From positions 997,805 through 1,061,804 of the forward strand of contig CAVSQX010000001.1 in the NCBI GenBank assembly GCA_963730225.1: 64,000 nucleotides of DNA, given 5' to 3'. Positions 19,503-29,011 of the stretch are shown here, in pieces; positions within the stretch are counted from its first letter, which is position 1, and every line of letters starts with the position of its first letter. The notes under the pieces were generated by a model, which was not told the DNA's origin, made no database searches, and saw only the letters and a list, made by a program, of their open reading frames with translations. The translations under genes were made by a program, and so were the position numbers. The DNA is from an uncultured Phycisphaerales bacterium. GTDB lineage: Bacteria > Planctomycetota > Phycisphaerae > Tepidisphaerales > Tepidisphaeraceae.

Positions 19503-20557
19503 TTGGGGAAGAAACCGATCGTGTAGCCGTCGGGCGTTGTCACGGTGAAATTGCGCAGCGTGTGATCGTCGGCGAACGGGCTGACCTGGATCGCTTCGGC
19601 CGCGATCGCGCTTCGGTGAGCGGTCAGCGCCTGGGGACCGCCGTTGATCCAGAAGAACAGACCGACGCCCGGTGACGGGCGGGAGCCTTCGGCGTCGGAG
19701 GCCCGGCGCAGCCAGATTCGCCCCGCCCCGCCCACCAGGCTTGCCCGCGGGAGCCGGCCCATGGCATCGGGTGTTTCCCGCCAGCGCGGCTGGAAGCCGA
19801 GCTTCTGGAAAAAGTCGATGTTGGTTTCCACGTCCTTCACGCAAAACTCGGCGCTGACAACGGGGAATTCGCTGATTTTGGCTTGTTCGGCCATGGCAAT
19901 CGTTCCTTTGGCGAGCAGATCAATTCGTTTCCTGCGGCCGGTCCTAATGAGCGGCGCGCGGGCGTCCGCGGTGATTTTCATTTTTCCGATCAATTCATCG
20001 GGAATCGCCTCGATTCCATCCTGCAACAACAATTGGCGGATCGCCGCCAGGGCGCGAGTGACCCGTTTGTGCGCCGCTTCGGGAGAGATCGCCAGTGAGT
20101 GGGCGATCGCGGTGAAATTCTCGCCGAGAAAGAATCGACGAACCACGGCGTCGCGGTCGGACGCGGGTAGCCGGGCGATCGTCGATTCGAGCAACCCGAC
20201 CAGCTCGCCGTCACCTTCGGCAGTGCTGGATTCACGGGTCCGACCTTCCAAGCCGGCCCACGTTTCGTGCCGAGCCCGGCGGGCGCACGACCGCAGGGCT
20301 CGGGCACAGGCGAAATGCAACACTTCAAAGAGCCAAGCCGCCAGCGATCGCTGACCGGACCCGATGAGCCGCCTGCCCTGCGTCGCCAGCACGACAAAGA
20401 CGGCTTGCGTGGCGTCATCGGCGAGGTGATCGTCGCGCAGTCGGCGGCGGGCGGTGGCAAAGATCCAGCCGGCGTGTCGCTGCGTCAGCCGGCTGAAGGC
20501 CAACTCGTCGCCGTGGCGATGATACGCGCGGAGCAACTGGAAATCGGAAATCTCCAC
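19490..20557 (-). CDS. ECF-type sigma-70 factor fused to a C-terminal VOC/glyoxalase-like domain
   Basis: Sigma-70 region 2 (AFSRLTQRHAGWIFATARRRL) and region 4 (DAVVRRFFLGENFTAIAHSLAISPEAAHKRVTRALAAIRQLL). The C-terminal 130 aa have a VOC pattern (FCVKDVETNIDFFQKLGF...DGYTIGFFP). Confidence 0.8.
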   Translation of the reverse strand: MEISDFQLLRAYHRHGDELAFSRLTQRHAGWIFATARRRLRDDHLADDATQAVFVVLATQGRRLIGSGQRSLAAWLFEVLHFACARALRSCARRARHETWAGLEGRTRESSTAEGDGELVGLLESTIARLPASDRDAVVRRFFLGENFTAIAHSLAISPEAAHKRVTRALAAIRQLLLQDGIEAIPDELIGKMKITADARAPLIRTGRRKRIDLLAKGTIAMAEQAKISEFPVVSAEFCVKDVETNIDFFQKLGFQPRWRETPDAMGRLPRASLVGGAGRIWLRRASDAEGSRPSPGVGLFFWINGGPQALTAHRSAIAAEAIQVSPFADDHTLRNFTVTTPDGYTIGFFPNYRD

Positions 20558-20633
20558 GAGCGTCTTATACTATGGATAAATGCCCGGTGAACGGCGATGC
20601 GGACAAGTGAGAATCGGAGAATTATCCGCCATC

Positions 20634-22335
20634 TCACTGCCGCAGATTCACCGCTTCGGTTTTTGCTCCGTCGGCGCAGACCATCGGGCTTGCCGCGTTG
20701 GAAAGATCGCCACCGTCGATTGTGATTTGCGAACTGCCCGTGCCTTCCAGCCGAAGAAATACCGCCGCGGGGGAAATCAGGCGGCTGGCGGCCAGAAGCA
20801 GTCGTTTCGATTCACTCACGCGCAACGTGCACTGGGCCTGAGGATTTCCGCCCAGGCTCAGGGCGATGAGCGAAGCGTCCTGGACCCGCTGGAAGACCAG
20901 CGCGGGCCGCAGGTCGGGCTGGGCGGTTTGAAGTCGCACGTTGTTCATCGTCAAGTCCGCGGACGTTTCGGGCGAACATGCCGTACGCCGGCAGCCGGCC
21001 TAGCTCGAAATATTCACCGTTGCGCTGAGGAACATCGCGGATGGCCGCATCTTCCGCGGTGCCGCCGCCGCCGAAGGTGATGTGAACGTTGTCGAAGGAA
21101 ATCTCCTCGAGCCAGCAATCGTTAATGCCGTTGAGCACGATGCAGGAGCGGATTTCGCCGACGTTGTAGTTGCCGATCACGGGCGAGTCGGGCAGTTGAT
21201 CCGGCTGGGCGGTGACGAAGGCGCGGATGTCGCTGAAGGAGATGTTTCGCACAATTCCGGCGGCTCGCTGGGCGGCCGGTGAGGTTGAGGGTTCCGTAGC
21301 CGGGCCGTGGTCTCGAGCCGTCCGTGGGCCCACGCCGATGGAGATCGGGCCGGTGACATCCTGCATCAGGAGATTGGAGAAGCTCATGTTCTCGAACCGC
21401 GAGCCGGGGTAGCAGTGCATTTTGATGGGACAGCCGTAGGCCTGATAGATGATGCAGTTGGAGACGACGACGTTCTGCGCGAATCCACCGCCGAAGCGAA
21501 ACACCGACCAGCGGGTGCTGAACGAACAATTGGTCACGGCGATAAACTGACAACTGCCGAAAAGGGCGCAAGCATCGTCCTGAGATTCGACGATGCAATT
21601 CACGAGGTTCACATGCTGAGCCGAGATGAAGTGGAAGCCGTCGTTGTTGTGATTGACCCGGCTGTGAATGTGGACGCCGTCGGCGCGCACGTAAGTGGAT
21701 TGGATGATTCGCACGGCGTGAAATGCGCTGTCGGCCAGTTCCAGATTTTGCAAACGCAGATTTCGGCAGCGATAAAACAGAAGCGAGTACGGCCGACGCG
21801 CCCCGCCGATGCCCGAGGGCGGCGGCTGGCCGCGGGTGGCACTGCGAAATAGATTGCCATTTCCGTCGATCACGCCGGGGCCTTCGACCGTTACGTTCAA
21901 TGCATTGGCGGCAAACAGCAGCGCGACATGCCCGTCTTCCAGCGTCGAATCTCCACGCAGAGGAATGGCGTCCACGGCGTGGTAATGCGTGCCGTCGCCG
22001 GTGCCCAGAAGTTTTCCGCCGGCTTCGATGTGCAAGGTGATGTTGCTTTTGAGCTCGACGGTGCCGATGACGAAAACTCCGGCGGGAACAAGCACGGTGC
22101 CGCCGGAATGGGAGGCTGCGGAATCGATTGCATTCTGGAGCGCAGCGGTATCCAGCGTGACGCCGTCGCCTTTGGCTCCAAAATCGCGGATGTTGTAAAT
22201 CGGCGCGGCGGACTGTTTGGAATCCATCGGCTCAGCGGATGCGACGGTCGGCCATGCCGCCGCGGCGCCGATCATGGGAAGCGCCGAGCCGACCCATTGT
22301 CGCCGGGAGACGGATTTGTCGTCGGTTGGATTCAT
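20634..22335 (-). CDS. Glycoside hydrolase family 28 (polygalacturonase-like right-handed beta-helix), Tat signal; apparent frameshift near 20950
   Basis: Start MNPTDDKSVSRRQWVGSALPMIGAAAAW has a twin-arginine signal. GH28-type beta-helix rungs with NNDGFHF...CIVESQDDACALF. The C-terminal rungs continue in the ORF 20634..20954 (MTMNNVRLQ...), while the main-frame tail is Arg/Pro-rich junk. Confidence 0.8.
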
Positions 22336-22436
22336 AGGATAATTCTCGTCAGGGGATCGGGACGTCGACGGATCGACCGGAGTAGGAGATTTCGGCGTCG
22401 ACTTTTTCCGCGGGTTCCGGACCGACGCCGACGCCG

Positions 22437-24704
22437 TCACGGACGCGGATAATTCGGAACGTTCGGTTTTCGAGCATGCCGGGGAACTGGCCGTGGCGTG
22501 GGACCGATGGTAAGGATTTTGCGGGAATCGTTCCAGGTCAGCGGGATCGTGGCGTAGACGCCTTTTTCATAATCGTAATTGTCGCCTTGGTCTTCGTAGA
22601 GGGTGAAGGTGCCGTCGGCGCCGGGGTAGATGCGAATCTCGATCGGATCGGCGGTTTTCTCCATCGCAGATTCCATCGGCGGAGCGAGGGGAATGATCGA
22701 GCCGGCGCGGACGAGCAGAGGCAGAGTTTGGATCGGGCTGGGCATGTCGACGGATTGGCCGCCTGAAAAAGTTTTGCCGGTCCAGAAATCGAACCAGTTT
22801 GCGCCGGCGGGAAGATAGACCGAGCGAGTTTGAGCCGCGGGTTTGGTGACGGGGTTGACCATGATGGCGGGGCCGAACATGAATTGATCGGGAATGTCGA
22901 ACACTTTGGGATCGGAAGCGAAATCGAAAACCAGGCCGCGCATCATGGTGGAATTGTCGTGGGTGACGGACCAGGCGAGCGAATAGATGTAGGGAAGCAG
23001 GCGGTAGCGGAGTTGATCGTAGGCGCGAAGGATTTTGAAGGTGTCGGGATTGAATCGCCAAAGCTCCTTGGGCTGATCGGTGCCGTGCACGCGGAACATG
23101 GGGCAGAACGCGCCGAACTGAAACCAGCGCGTGAAAAGCTCGCAGAATTTCGGATCGGCGGGATTGCTGCCGAAGAATCCGCCGATGTCGGTGTTCCAGT
23201 AGGGAATTCCGGCGAGGCAGAAATTGAGGCCGGCGGGAATCTGGTGAGCGAGAACGGGCCAGGTGGCACGGATGTCGCCGGACCAGGTGATGGCGGCGTT
23301 GCGCTGCTGTCCCGGATACGCCGAGCGGGTGAGGATCAGCACGCGCTTGTCGGAGGATTGGGCGCGCTGGCCTTGATAAACGGCGGAGGTGGTCATCAGC
23401 GGGTAGGCGTTGAAGACTTTCGCGCCCGGACCGGCGGCGGTAGTAAAATTGCGGAATTCGCCCCAGTGGCCGCTGAGCTCCGGTTCGGTGGCGTCGAGCC
23501 ACCAGCCATCGATGCCGAGCGTGAAAAGATTCTTGGAAATCTGATTCCAGTAAATGGTGCGGGCCGTCGGATTGAAGGCGTCGTACCAACGCTGCTGGCC
23601 GTGCGGATAAACGCTGGCGATGATGGGTTCGTAGAGGGCGCCGGCTTTGTCTAATTCGTTGTAGTTTGCACCCGTGGTGTCGAACTTGGCCCAGACGGAA
23701 ATGAGCATGTGAATGTTTTCATCGTGCAGCTTGCGAAGCATTCCCTTGGGATCGTAGTAGCGCGACGGATCGAGCCGATGCGAACCCCAGGGTCCGGGCG
23801 ACCAGTATTGCCAATCCTGAATGATGCCGTCGAGCGGAATGTGCCGGGTGCGGTATTGGTCGACGATCCAGAGCAGTTCGTCTTGCGAGGCGTAGCGTTC
23901 TTTTGATTGCCACAAACCCCAGGCCCATTTGCCGAGCATCGGAGCCGAGCCGGTAAGCTCGCGGTAATCGGAGATGGTCTGGTCGATGGCGGGACCGAAC
24001 ATCACGTAGTAGTCGATGCTGTCGCCGACTTCGGAGGACCATTGAACGGTGCCGGGATTCTCGGCGGTGCCGCAGGCGACGTCGGTGATCGACGGATTGT
24101 CCCAGAGAATTCCGTAACCGGCGGAGCAGATCAGCACGGGCAGCGCAACATCGGTGTTGCGTTGCTGGAGGTGGACTTTGTGGCCGACGTAGTTCATCCA
24201 TCCATCCTGGTGCTGGCCGAGTCCGAACAAGCCGGCGCCGGTGGGAAGTTGGAAAGCTTGCGTGATTTTCCACGTCGGTTGGCCGGCGATTGTGATGGGT
24301 TCCATGGATCGAGCGCCGTCGGCCGGCTCGGCGAGAAATGTTTTGCCGGCGGCGTCCTCAAAAATGAGCGAGCCGGTGGTCTTGTCAACCTGAGCCTGCA
24401 TCGAAACAGTTTTGAGCACGATTCGGTCGGCCGATTCCTGAAGATTCCACTTCACATCCTGCGGCTTGGCGATGACGGAGAAGCTGGCATCCGGCGGAAG
24501 CTTGTCGGCGACGGTGCAGGTGACACGGATGACGCGATCGGTCCAGATTTGCACGCGCAGAATTCCCGTGGCCAACTGAAGTGTCATGCCGTTGGCATCT
24601 CTTCCAACCGATTTGACGGGATTGGCGGCGGCGAGGATTGGACCTGCTACAAAAAGTCCGGCATAAAAACACAGGAGTGGTACCCGCGCCGTTTGACGGA
24701 TCAT
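22437..24704 (-). CDS. Glycoside hydrolase family 31 (alpha-glucosidase/alpha-xylosidase YicI-like)
   Basis: 755 aa with a signal peptide. GIDGWWLDATEP catalytic-nucleophile block and WSGDIRATW are GH31 signatures. The last about 20 aa are Pro/Arg-rich, so a further frameshift is possible. Confidence 0.85.
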   Translation of the reverse strand: MIRQTARVPLLCFYAGLFVAGPILAAANPVKSVGRDANGMTLQLATGILRVQIWTDRVIRVTCTVADKLPPDASFSVIAKPQDVKWNLQESADRIVLKTVSMQAQVDKTTGSLIFEDAAGKTFLAEPADGARSMEPITIAGQPTWKITQAFQLPTGAGLFGLGQHQDGWMNYVGHKVHLQQRNTDVALPVLICSAGYGILWDNPSITDVACGTAENPGTVQWSSEVGDSIDYYVMFGPAIDQTISDYRELTGSAPMLGKWAWGLWQSKERYASQDELLWIVDQYRTRHIPLDGIIQDWQYWSPGPWGSHRLDPSRYYDPKGMLRKLHDENIHMLISVWAKFDTTGANYNELDKAGALYEPIIASVYPHGQQRWYDAFNPTARTIYWNQISKNLFTLGIDGWWLDATEPELSGHWGEFRNFTTAAGPGAKVFNAYPLMTTSAVYQGQRAQSSDKRVLILTRSAYPGQQRNAAITWSGDIRATWPVLAHQIPAGLNFCLAGIPYWNTDIGGFFGSNPADPKFCELFTRWFQFGAFCPMFRVHGTDQPKELWRFNPDTFKILRAYDQLRYRLLPYIYSLAWSVTHDNSTMMRGLVFDFASDPKVFDIPDQFMFGPAIMVNPVTKPAAQTRSVYLPAGANWFDFWTGKTFSGGQSVDMPSPIQTLPLLVRAGSIIPLAPPMESAMEKTADPIEIRIYPGADGTFTLYEDQGDNYDYEKGVYATIPLTWNDSRKILTIGPTPRPVPRHARKPNVPNYPRP

Positions 24705-25282
24705 TGCGATTCCTTCGGTGGGTTGAGGGCCAACTCCATCAGCCGTTTGGCCAGCGGCGGCAATTGCAATTCGGCCGCCGCCTCTCGTCCGTGCGGCGAC
24801 ATTTTGGCCCAGGTCCGTCGTAGGATGTTCACGATTTTCGTTTCCTCGTGCTTCGGGAAAAAATCACCGAATTCAAATTGCAGGAAGACGAGGCAGACGA
24901 CATCTTCCAGTGCCTGTGCTTCCGCGTCGGCTTTGAGCCGTTGCTTTTTCAGTAGTGAACGAACCCGATCGATCAGCGGCTGCTCATAGCCAACATCACG
25001 CAGGATATCCGCGGCGGCGTCGGCGTGAAAATCGTACAGGCGCGTTCGCCAGCGCAGGTAGCCGGTGCGATCCATCGGATAGGAGCTGCGCGGAATTTCC
25101 CATCGCCGCAGATGCTGGGCGCGGGCGGCCAATTGCAGGGCTTCGGATGCGTCCGGGTACAAGCGGCCGAGCCATTGCGTCATTCGCTGGGCGTAAAGCA
25201 GCGCCGTTCCTTTGGGATCGTTGGCGTTGGCGGCGTCGAATCGGTCGATGGCATTGGATAATTGCTGAGTCGTTTGTCCCAT
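24701..25282 (-). CDS. DUF4202 domain-containing protein
   Basis: 193-aa conserved hypothetical. Its stop overlaps the GH31 start (4-nt overlap), forming the operon DUF4202-GH31-GH28. Confidence 0.55.
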   Translation of the reverse strand: MGQTTQQLSNAIDRFDAANANDPKGTALLYAQRMTQWLGRLYPDASEALQLAARAQHLRRWEIPRSSYPMDRTGYLRWRTRLYDFHADAAADILRDVGYEQPLIDRVRSLLKKQRLKADAEAQALEDVVCLVFLQFEFGDFFPKHEETKIVNILRRTWAKMSPHGREAAAELQLPPLAKRLMELALNPPKESQ

Positions 25283-25311
25283 TGGTTATTCAGCCATTTG
25301 TCATTGGTTCC

Positions 25312-25332
25312 GATTTCGGATTTCGGATTTCG
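25312..25332. repeat. Tandem heptamer array (GATTTCG)x3 upstream of yggS
   Basis: Direct triple repeat in the divergent DUF4202/yggS intergenic region. An inverted partner lies at 26184..26203. Confidence 0.6.
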
Positions 25333-25379
25333 TCATTCTGCAACCTACCCAACCAACAAAACGCCTCTATAATGCCGTC

Positions 25380-26177
25380 ATGGAGGGATTTGGGAAGGAG
25401 CCGAGCGTGGCCAAGCGATCGCCGTTGGCGGAAAAGCTGGAGGAAGTGAAGCAGCGCATTGCCGCGGCGGCCATCAAGGCCAAGCGTCAGCCGTCGGAGG
25501 TGACGCTGCTGGCCGCCACCAAAACGGCGGGGCTGGAGCAGATTCGGGAATGTCTGCACCTGGGCGTGGCGGACCTTGGGGAAAGCCGGGTGCAGCAGTT
25601 GGCCCAGCGGGCGGGGCAGTTGAATGAATTTCTCCAGCGGCGGCAGGCGTTCGGCGACGCGGCGGTGCCGGAGAAGCTTCGCTGGCACATGGTCGGGCAT
25701 CTCCAACGCAACAAGGTCAAGCAGGTTCTGCCGATCGTGAGCCTGATTCACAGCGTGGACAGCCTTCGCCTTGCCGAGGAATTGGACAGCGCTTCGGAAA
25801 AGCTGGAGAAGAAAACGGCGGTGCTGCTGCAGGTGAACGCCAGCGAGGAATCGCAAAAATCGGGCGTGGCGGTGGGAGCGGCGGTGCATCTTGCGGAGCA
25901 AATCGCGTCGATGCCGAACTTGCAACTCGGCGGCTTGATGACGATGGCCCCGTTCGACGGGGACGAAGGGCGGATTCGCCAATGCTTTTCCCGCACGCGC
26001 GAGATTTTCGAGGAAATCCGCTGGCAGAAAATCGGCGGGTCGGGCATGCGGCATCTGAGCATGGGAATGAGCCACGATTTTGAATGGGCGATTGCCGAAG
26101 GGGCAACGATGGTGCGGATCGGGACGCTGCTGTTTGGCGGAAGCGTGCAGGACCATGAAGAAGTGAGCGAGGAATGA
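25380..26177 (+). CDS. yggS: YggS-family pyridoxal-phosphate homeostasis protein
   Basis: TLLAATKTAGLEQIRECLHLGV...HMVGHLQRNKVKQVLP (the HxIGxLQxNK block). PLP-binding alanine-racemase-like fold. Confidence 0.85.
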   Translation: MEGFGKEPSVAKRSPLAEKLEEVKQRIAAAAIKAKRQPSEVTLLAATKTAGLEQIRECLHLGVADLGESRVQQLAQRAGQLNEFLQRRQAFGDAAVPEKLRWHMVGHLQRNKVKQVLPIVSLIHSVDSLRLAEELDSASEKLEKKTAVLLQVNASEESQKSGVAVGAAVHLAEQIASMPNLQLGGLMTMAPFDGDEGRIRQCFSRTREIFEEIRWQKIGGSGMRHLSMGMSHDFEWAIAEGATMVRIGTLLFGGSVQDHEEVSEE

Positions 26178-26183
26178 CAAAGT

Positions 26184-26203
26184 CCGAAATCCGAAATTCG
26201 AAT
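26184..26203. repeat. Inverted partner heptamer array (CCGAAAT CCGAAAT TCGAAT) downstream of yggS, with three GAATGAC(A/G)AA motifs
   Basis: It is the reverse complement of the 25312..25332 array. GAATGACAAAG, CAATGACGAATG and GAATGACGAAG flank it. The reverse complement of GAATGAC also occurs upstream (TCGTCATTC at 25331, TTTGTCATTGG at 25297). Confidence 0.55.
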
Positions 26204-26273
26204 CAATGACGAATGCCCGAATGACGAAGAAATGCGGAGGCGGAGGTTCGCATCGGCCGCTCGGTTTTCCGGC

Positions 26274-26567
26274 ATGTGGGATTTTTTTGATTTTTTCCGA
26301 TACTTCCTGGGCACAGTGGCGACGGTGTACGCCACCGTCGTGACGCTCCAGTCGCTGTGGGGATGGTACGTGTGGCTGGCGGGCAGCGACAAATACGTCA
26401 CTATGCTGCGCCGATATGTGATCGTGCACGGCCTGCGATTACGCTTCAGCACCTTCTGGGGAGACGTGCTGATTTCGCTCCTGTTGTGCGTGGCGTTTTT
26501 GCTGTTGTGGCGGGCCCATATTCGCATCTACCAATTGGGGGATACCCTGAGTGGGATTCGGCGGTAA
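26274..26567 (+). CDS. Small hypothetical membrane protein
   Basis: MWDFFDFFRYFLGTVATVYATVVTL... has two transmembrane helices. Overlaps the next ORF's start. Confidence 0.3.
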   Translation: MWDFFDFFRYFLGTVATVYATVVTLQSLWGWYVWLAGSDKYVTMLRRYVIVHGLRLRFSTFWGDVLISLLLCVAFLLLWRAHIRIYQLGDTLSGIRR

Positions 26568-27489
26568 CGGCATGTCGGCGCAATCGCCCAACAGTCCGGA
26601 GTTGAAACTGCTGCCCGGCGCGGCCGCGGCGCCGGTGCTGGCGACGCCGACGACGCAAGCAACGCCGACAACCACACCCTCGCGCCAACTTTCGGAATTG
26701 CCCAAGGATGAACTCGAAGCGATCGCCGAAGATTTGGGCGTCGACGCTACGGCGTGCAAAACGCGCCAGCATTTGGTGGCGGCGATTCACGATCGCCGGC
26801 AACTCATCGCTTCGCTGGATCGAGATGCGATGATCGACGTCGTCCGCTGGGGCCGCCGGCCGGTGACAGTCAGCGCGGGGGCGGAGCAGTTGGCGCAGGA
26901 AATCATCCGCATCCGCTCGATGAAATTTTCCGGGTTGTCGCACCGTGGATTGATCGCGCTGGCCCGGCTTCGGGGGGCGCAAGTCGAGGACGGCGATACC
27001 GTGCCGGTGCTGGTGCGAAAGCTCAAGCGGCAGGAGGGATTTTTCACCCGGCTGAATCGCAAGCGGCGGGCGGTGCTGGGGTCGATGGTTTCTAAAATGA
27101 TCGGCGAAACCGATTCGCAGAGCGAGTATAAATTTCTGCCTTCGCCAGCACAGCCGACGCCATCGCAGCAAGCTCCGGTTGATCCGACTCCCCCGCCGGC
27201 GTCGAGCATCAAGGATGAAATCGAAGAATCCGGGCTGCTCGGCGGGCTGAGCAATCGAATCAAAAAAACCGCCGACAGCTATTTGAATCAGAAGCTCGAC
27301 GAGATCGAATCGCGCATCGATCGCAAGCTCGATGAGATCGACCGCCGATTGGCCGAGTGGCGCGACAAGGAAATCGCCAATCGCATCCGCATTTTGAAGA
27401 TCACGTTGTGGGCCAGCGTCATCGTGGCGGTGGTTTCGCTGATTTATTCCTATCTGAAAGTTTACGTGCCTCCCCTGCTTGGCAAGTGA
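26551..27489 (+). CDS. Hypothetical protein with two Rho_N/SAP-like helix motifs, a coiled-coil region and a C-terminal transmembrane anchor
   Basis: Motifs LPKDELEAIAEDLGVDATACKTRQHLVAAI and LSHRGLIALARLRGAQVEDGDTVPVLVRKL. Then a K/E/R-rich coiled-coil (NQKLDEIESRIDRKLDEIDRRLAEWRDKE), then the transmembrane helix ITLWASVIVAVVSLIYSYL. Confidence 0.45.
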   Translation: MGFGGNGMSAQSPNSPELKLLPGAAAAPVLATPTTQATPTTTPSRQLSELPKDELEAIAEDLGVDATACKTRQHLVAAIHDRRQLIASLDRDAMIDVVRWGRRPVTVSAGAEQLAQEIIRIRSMKFSGLSHRGLIALARLRGAQVEDGDTVPVLVRKLKRQEGFFTRLNRKRRAVLGSMVSKMIGETDSQSEYKFLPSPAQPTPSQQAPVDPTPPPASSIKDEIEESGLLGGLSNRIKKTADSYLNQKLDEIESRIDRKLDEIDRRLAEWRDKEIANRIRILKITLWASVIVAVVSLIYSYLKVYVPPLLGK

Positions 27490-27492
27490 CCC

Positions 27493-28890
27493 ATGGCCAC
27501 AACGGACGTTGTTTCCAGTTCCGGCCAAAGCGGGCGTCCGACGTTTCTGAGCACCATCGCCCGCGCTCTGCGGCACCGCAATTACCGGCTGTTTTTCTGC
27601 GGACAATTGGTTTCGCTGGTCGGCACTTTTCTCACGCAGATCGCCACGGTTTGGCTGGTTTATCGATTGACGCACAGCGCTTGGCTGTTGGGCGTGGTCG
27701 GATTCGCCGGGCAGCTGCCGATGTTTCTGATGATGCCGGTGGCCGGTGTCTGGGCCGACCGCGTGAACCGGCGAAACTTCGTTGTGCTGACGCAGGCCCT
27801 TTCCAGCCTCCAGTCGTGGGGGCTTTTTTTTGTGGCGTTCTGGTTCGGCAACAATCCCCACATCGCGGTGCCGGCGCTGATCGCACTGGCGGTGTTTCAG
27901 GGTTTGATCAATGCGTTCGATATGCCGGCTCGCCAGGCGTTTGTGGTGGAAATGGTGACCGACCGAAACGATCTGGCGAATGCGATCGCGCTGAATTCCA
28001 CGATGGTGCACGCGGCTCGACTTCTGGGACCGGCGGCGGCGGGGTTGCTGATTGCATGGGTGGGCGAAAGCGCATGCTTCCTGATCGATGCGGTGAGCTA
28101 TCTGGCTGTGATTGCGGCGCTGTTGGCGATGAACGTGCAGCCGCGCGTGCTAAAGCCGCCGCGGAGCGTAATGCACGAATTGAAGGAGGGATTCAATTAT
28201 GTCTGGGGATTCGAACCGATCCGCATATTGCTTCTGCTGATGGCGCTGCTGAGCCTCAGCGGAATGCCGGCCTTGTCGACGCTGATGCCGATCTTCGGGG
28301 ATTACTTCGGAGGCCCCAAACACGGGCCGGAGACTTTCGGGTTTCTCGGCGCTGCCTCCGGAGCCGGGGCCCTTTGCGGCGCGATTTTTCTCGCTTCGCG
28401 CAAAACGGTCGTCGGACTGGGACGGTGGATTGCCATCGCGTCGACGATTTTTGGCGTGGCGCTGGTGGCGTTTTCGCAATCGAGATGGCTTTGGCTGTCG
28501 CTGGCGATCGTGCCGATCGCGGGGTGGGGAATGCTGGTGAATTTCGCGTCGGCCAACACGATTTTGCAGACGCTCACCGACGACGACAAGCGCGGCCGGG
28601 TGATGAGCTTTTTCGGCGTGGCGTTTGTCGGCATGACGCCCTTTGGAAACCTACTGGCCGGACTAGCGGCCAACGAATTGACGCCGGTGGGCCAGCCGCA
28701 GTTTGTCGGAACGTCGCGCACGATTTTAATCGCCGGAATCATTTCGGTGCTTGCCGCACTGAGCTACATCCGCAAATTGCCCGCGCTGCGGCGGATCGTT
28801 CGACCGATTTACGTGCAAAAAGGGATTCTTCCGCAAGTTGCCCAAGGTTTGCAGGCGGCGGACCAATTGACCGACGTCGGGGAACAATAG
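27493..28890 (+). CDS. MFS transporter
   Basis: 465 aa with 12 transmembrane helices. MFS motif region GQLPMFLMMPVAGVWADRVNRRN. Confidence 0.8.
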   Translation: MATTDVVSSSGQSGRPTFLSTIARALRHRNYRLFFCGQLVSLVGTFLTQIATVWLVYRLTHSAWLLGVVGFAGQLPMFLMMPVAGVWADRVNRRNFVVLTQALSSLQSWGLFFVAFWFGNNPHIAVPALIALAVFQGLINAFDMPARQAFVVEMVTDRNDLANAIALNSTMVHAARLLGPAAAGLLIAWVGESACFLIDAVSYLAVIAALLAMNVQPRVLKPPRSVMHELKEGFNYVWGFEPIRILLLLMALLSLSGMPALSTLMPIFGDYFGGPKHGPETFGFLGAASGAGALCGAIFLASRKTVVGLGRWIAIASTIFGVALVAFSQSRWLWLSLAIVPIAGWGMLVNFASANTILQTLTDDDKRGRVMSFFGVAFVGMTPFGNLLAGLAANELTPVGQPQFVGTSRTILIAGIISVLAALSYIRKLPALRRIVRPIYVQKGILPQVAQGLQAADQLTDVGEQ

Positions 28891-29011
28891 TTGAGTGTGC
28901 CGGCGCTGCGGAAAACTTAATCGGACGTGAAGATTTTCCGACTTTACTTCCAAATCGCGCCGGATGGCTGGTCGATAATCTTTGAGAAACCTGTCCCCAG
29001 CGAGATGCACC

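Noticed and set aside
20580-21080. 166-aa plus-strand ORF between the ECF sigma gene and GH28
   Set aside because: Antisense to the GH28 C-terminus. Arg/Gly-rich.
25290-26429. 379-aa ORF antisense to yggS
   Set aside because: Overlaps a well-conserved gene on the other strand, with Arg/His/Pro-rich low-complexity translation.
26446-28011. 521-aa minus-strand ORF
   Set aside because: Antisense to the hypothetical membrane-anchored protein and the MFS transporter. Arg-rich junk translation.
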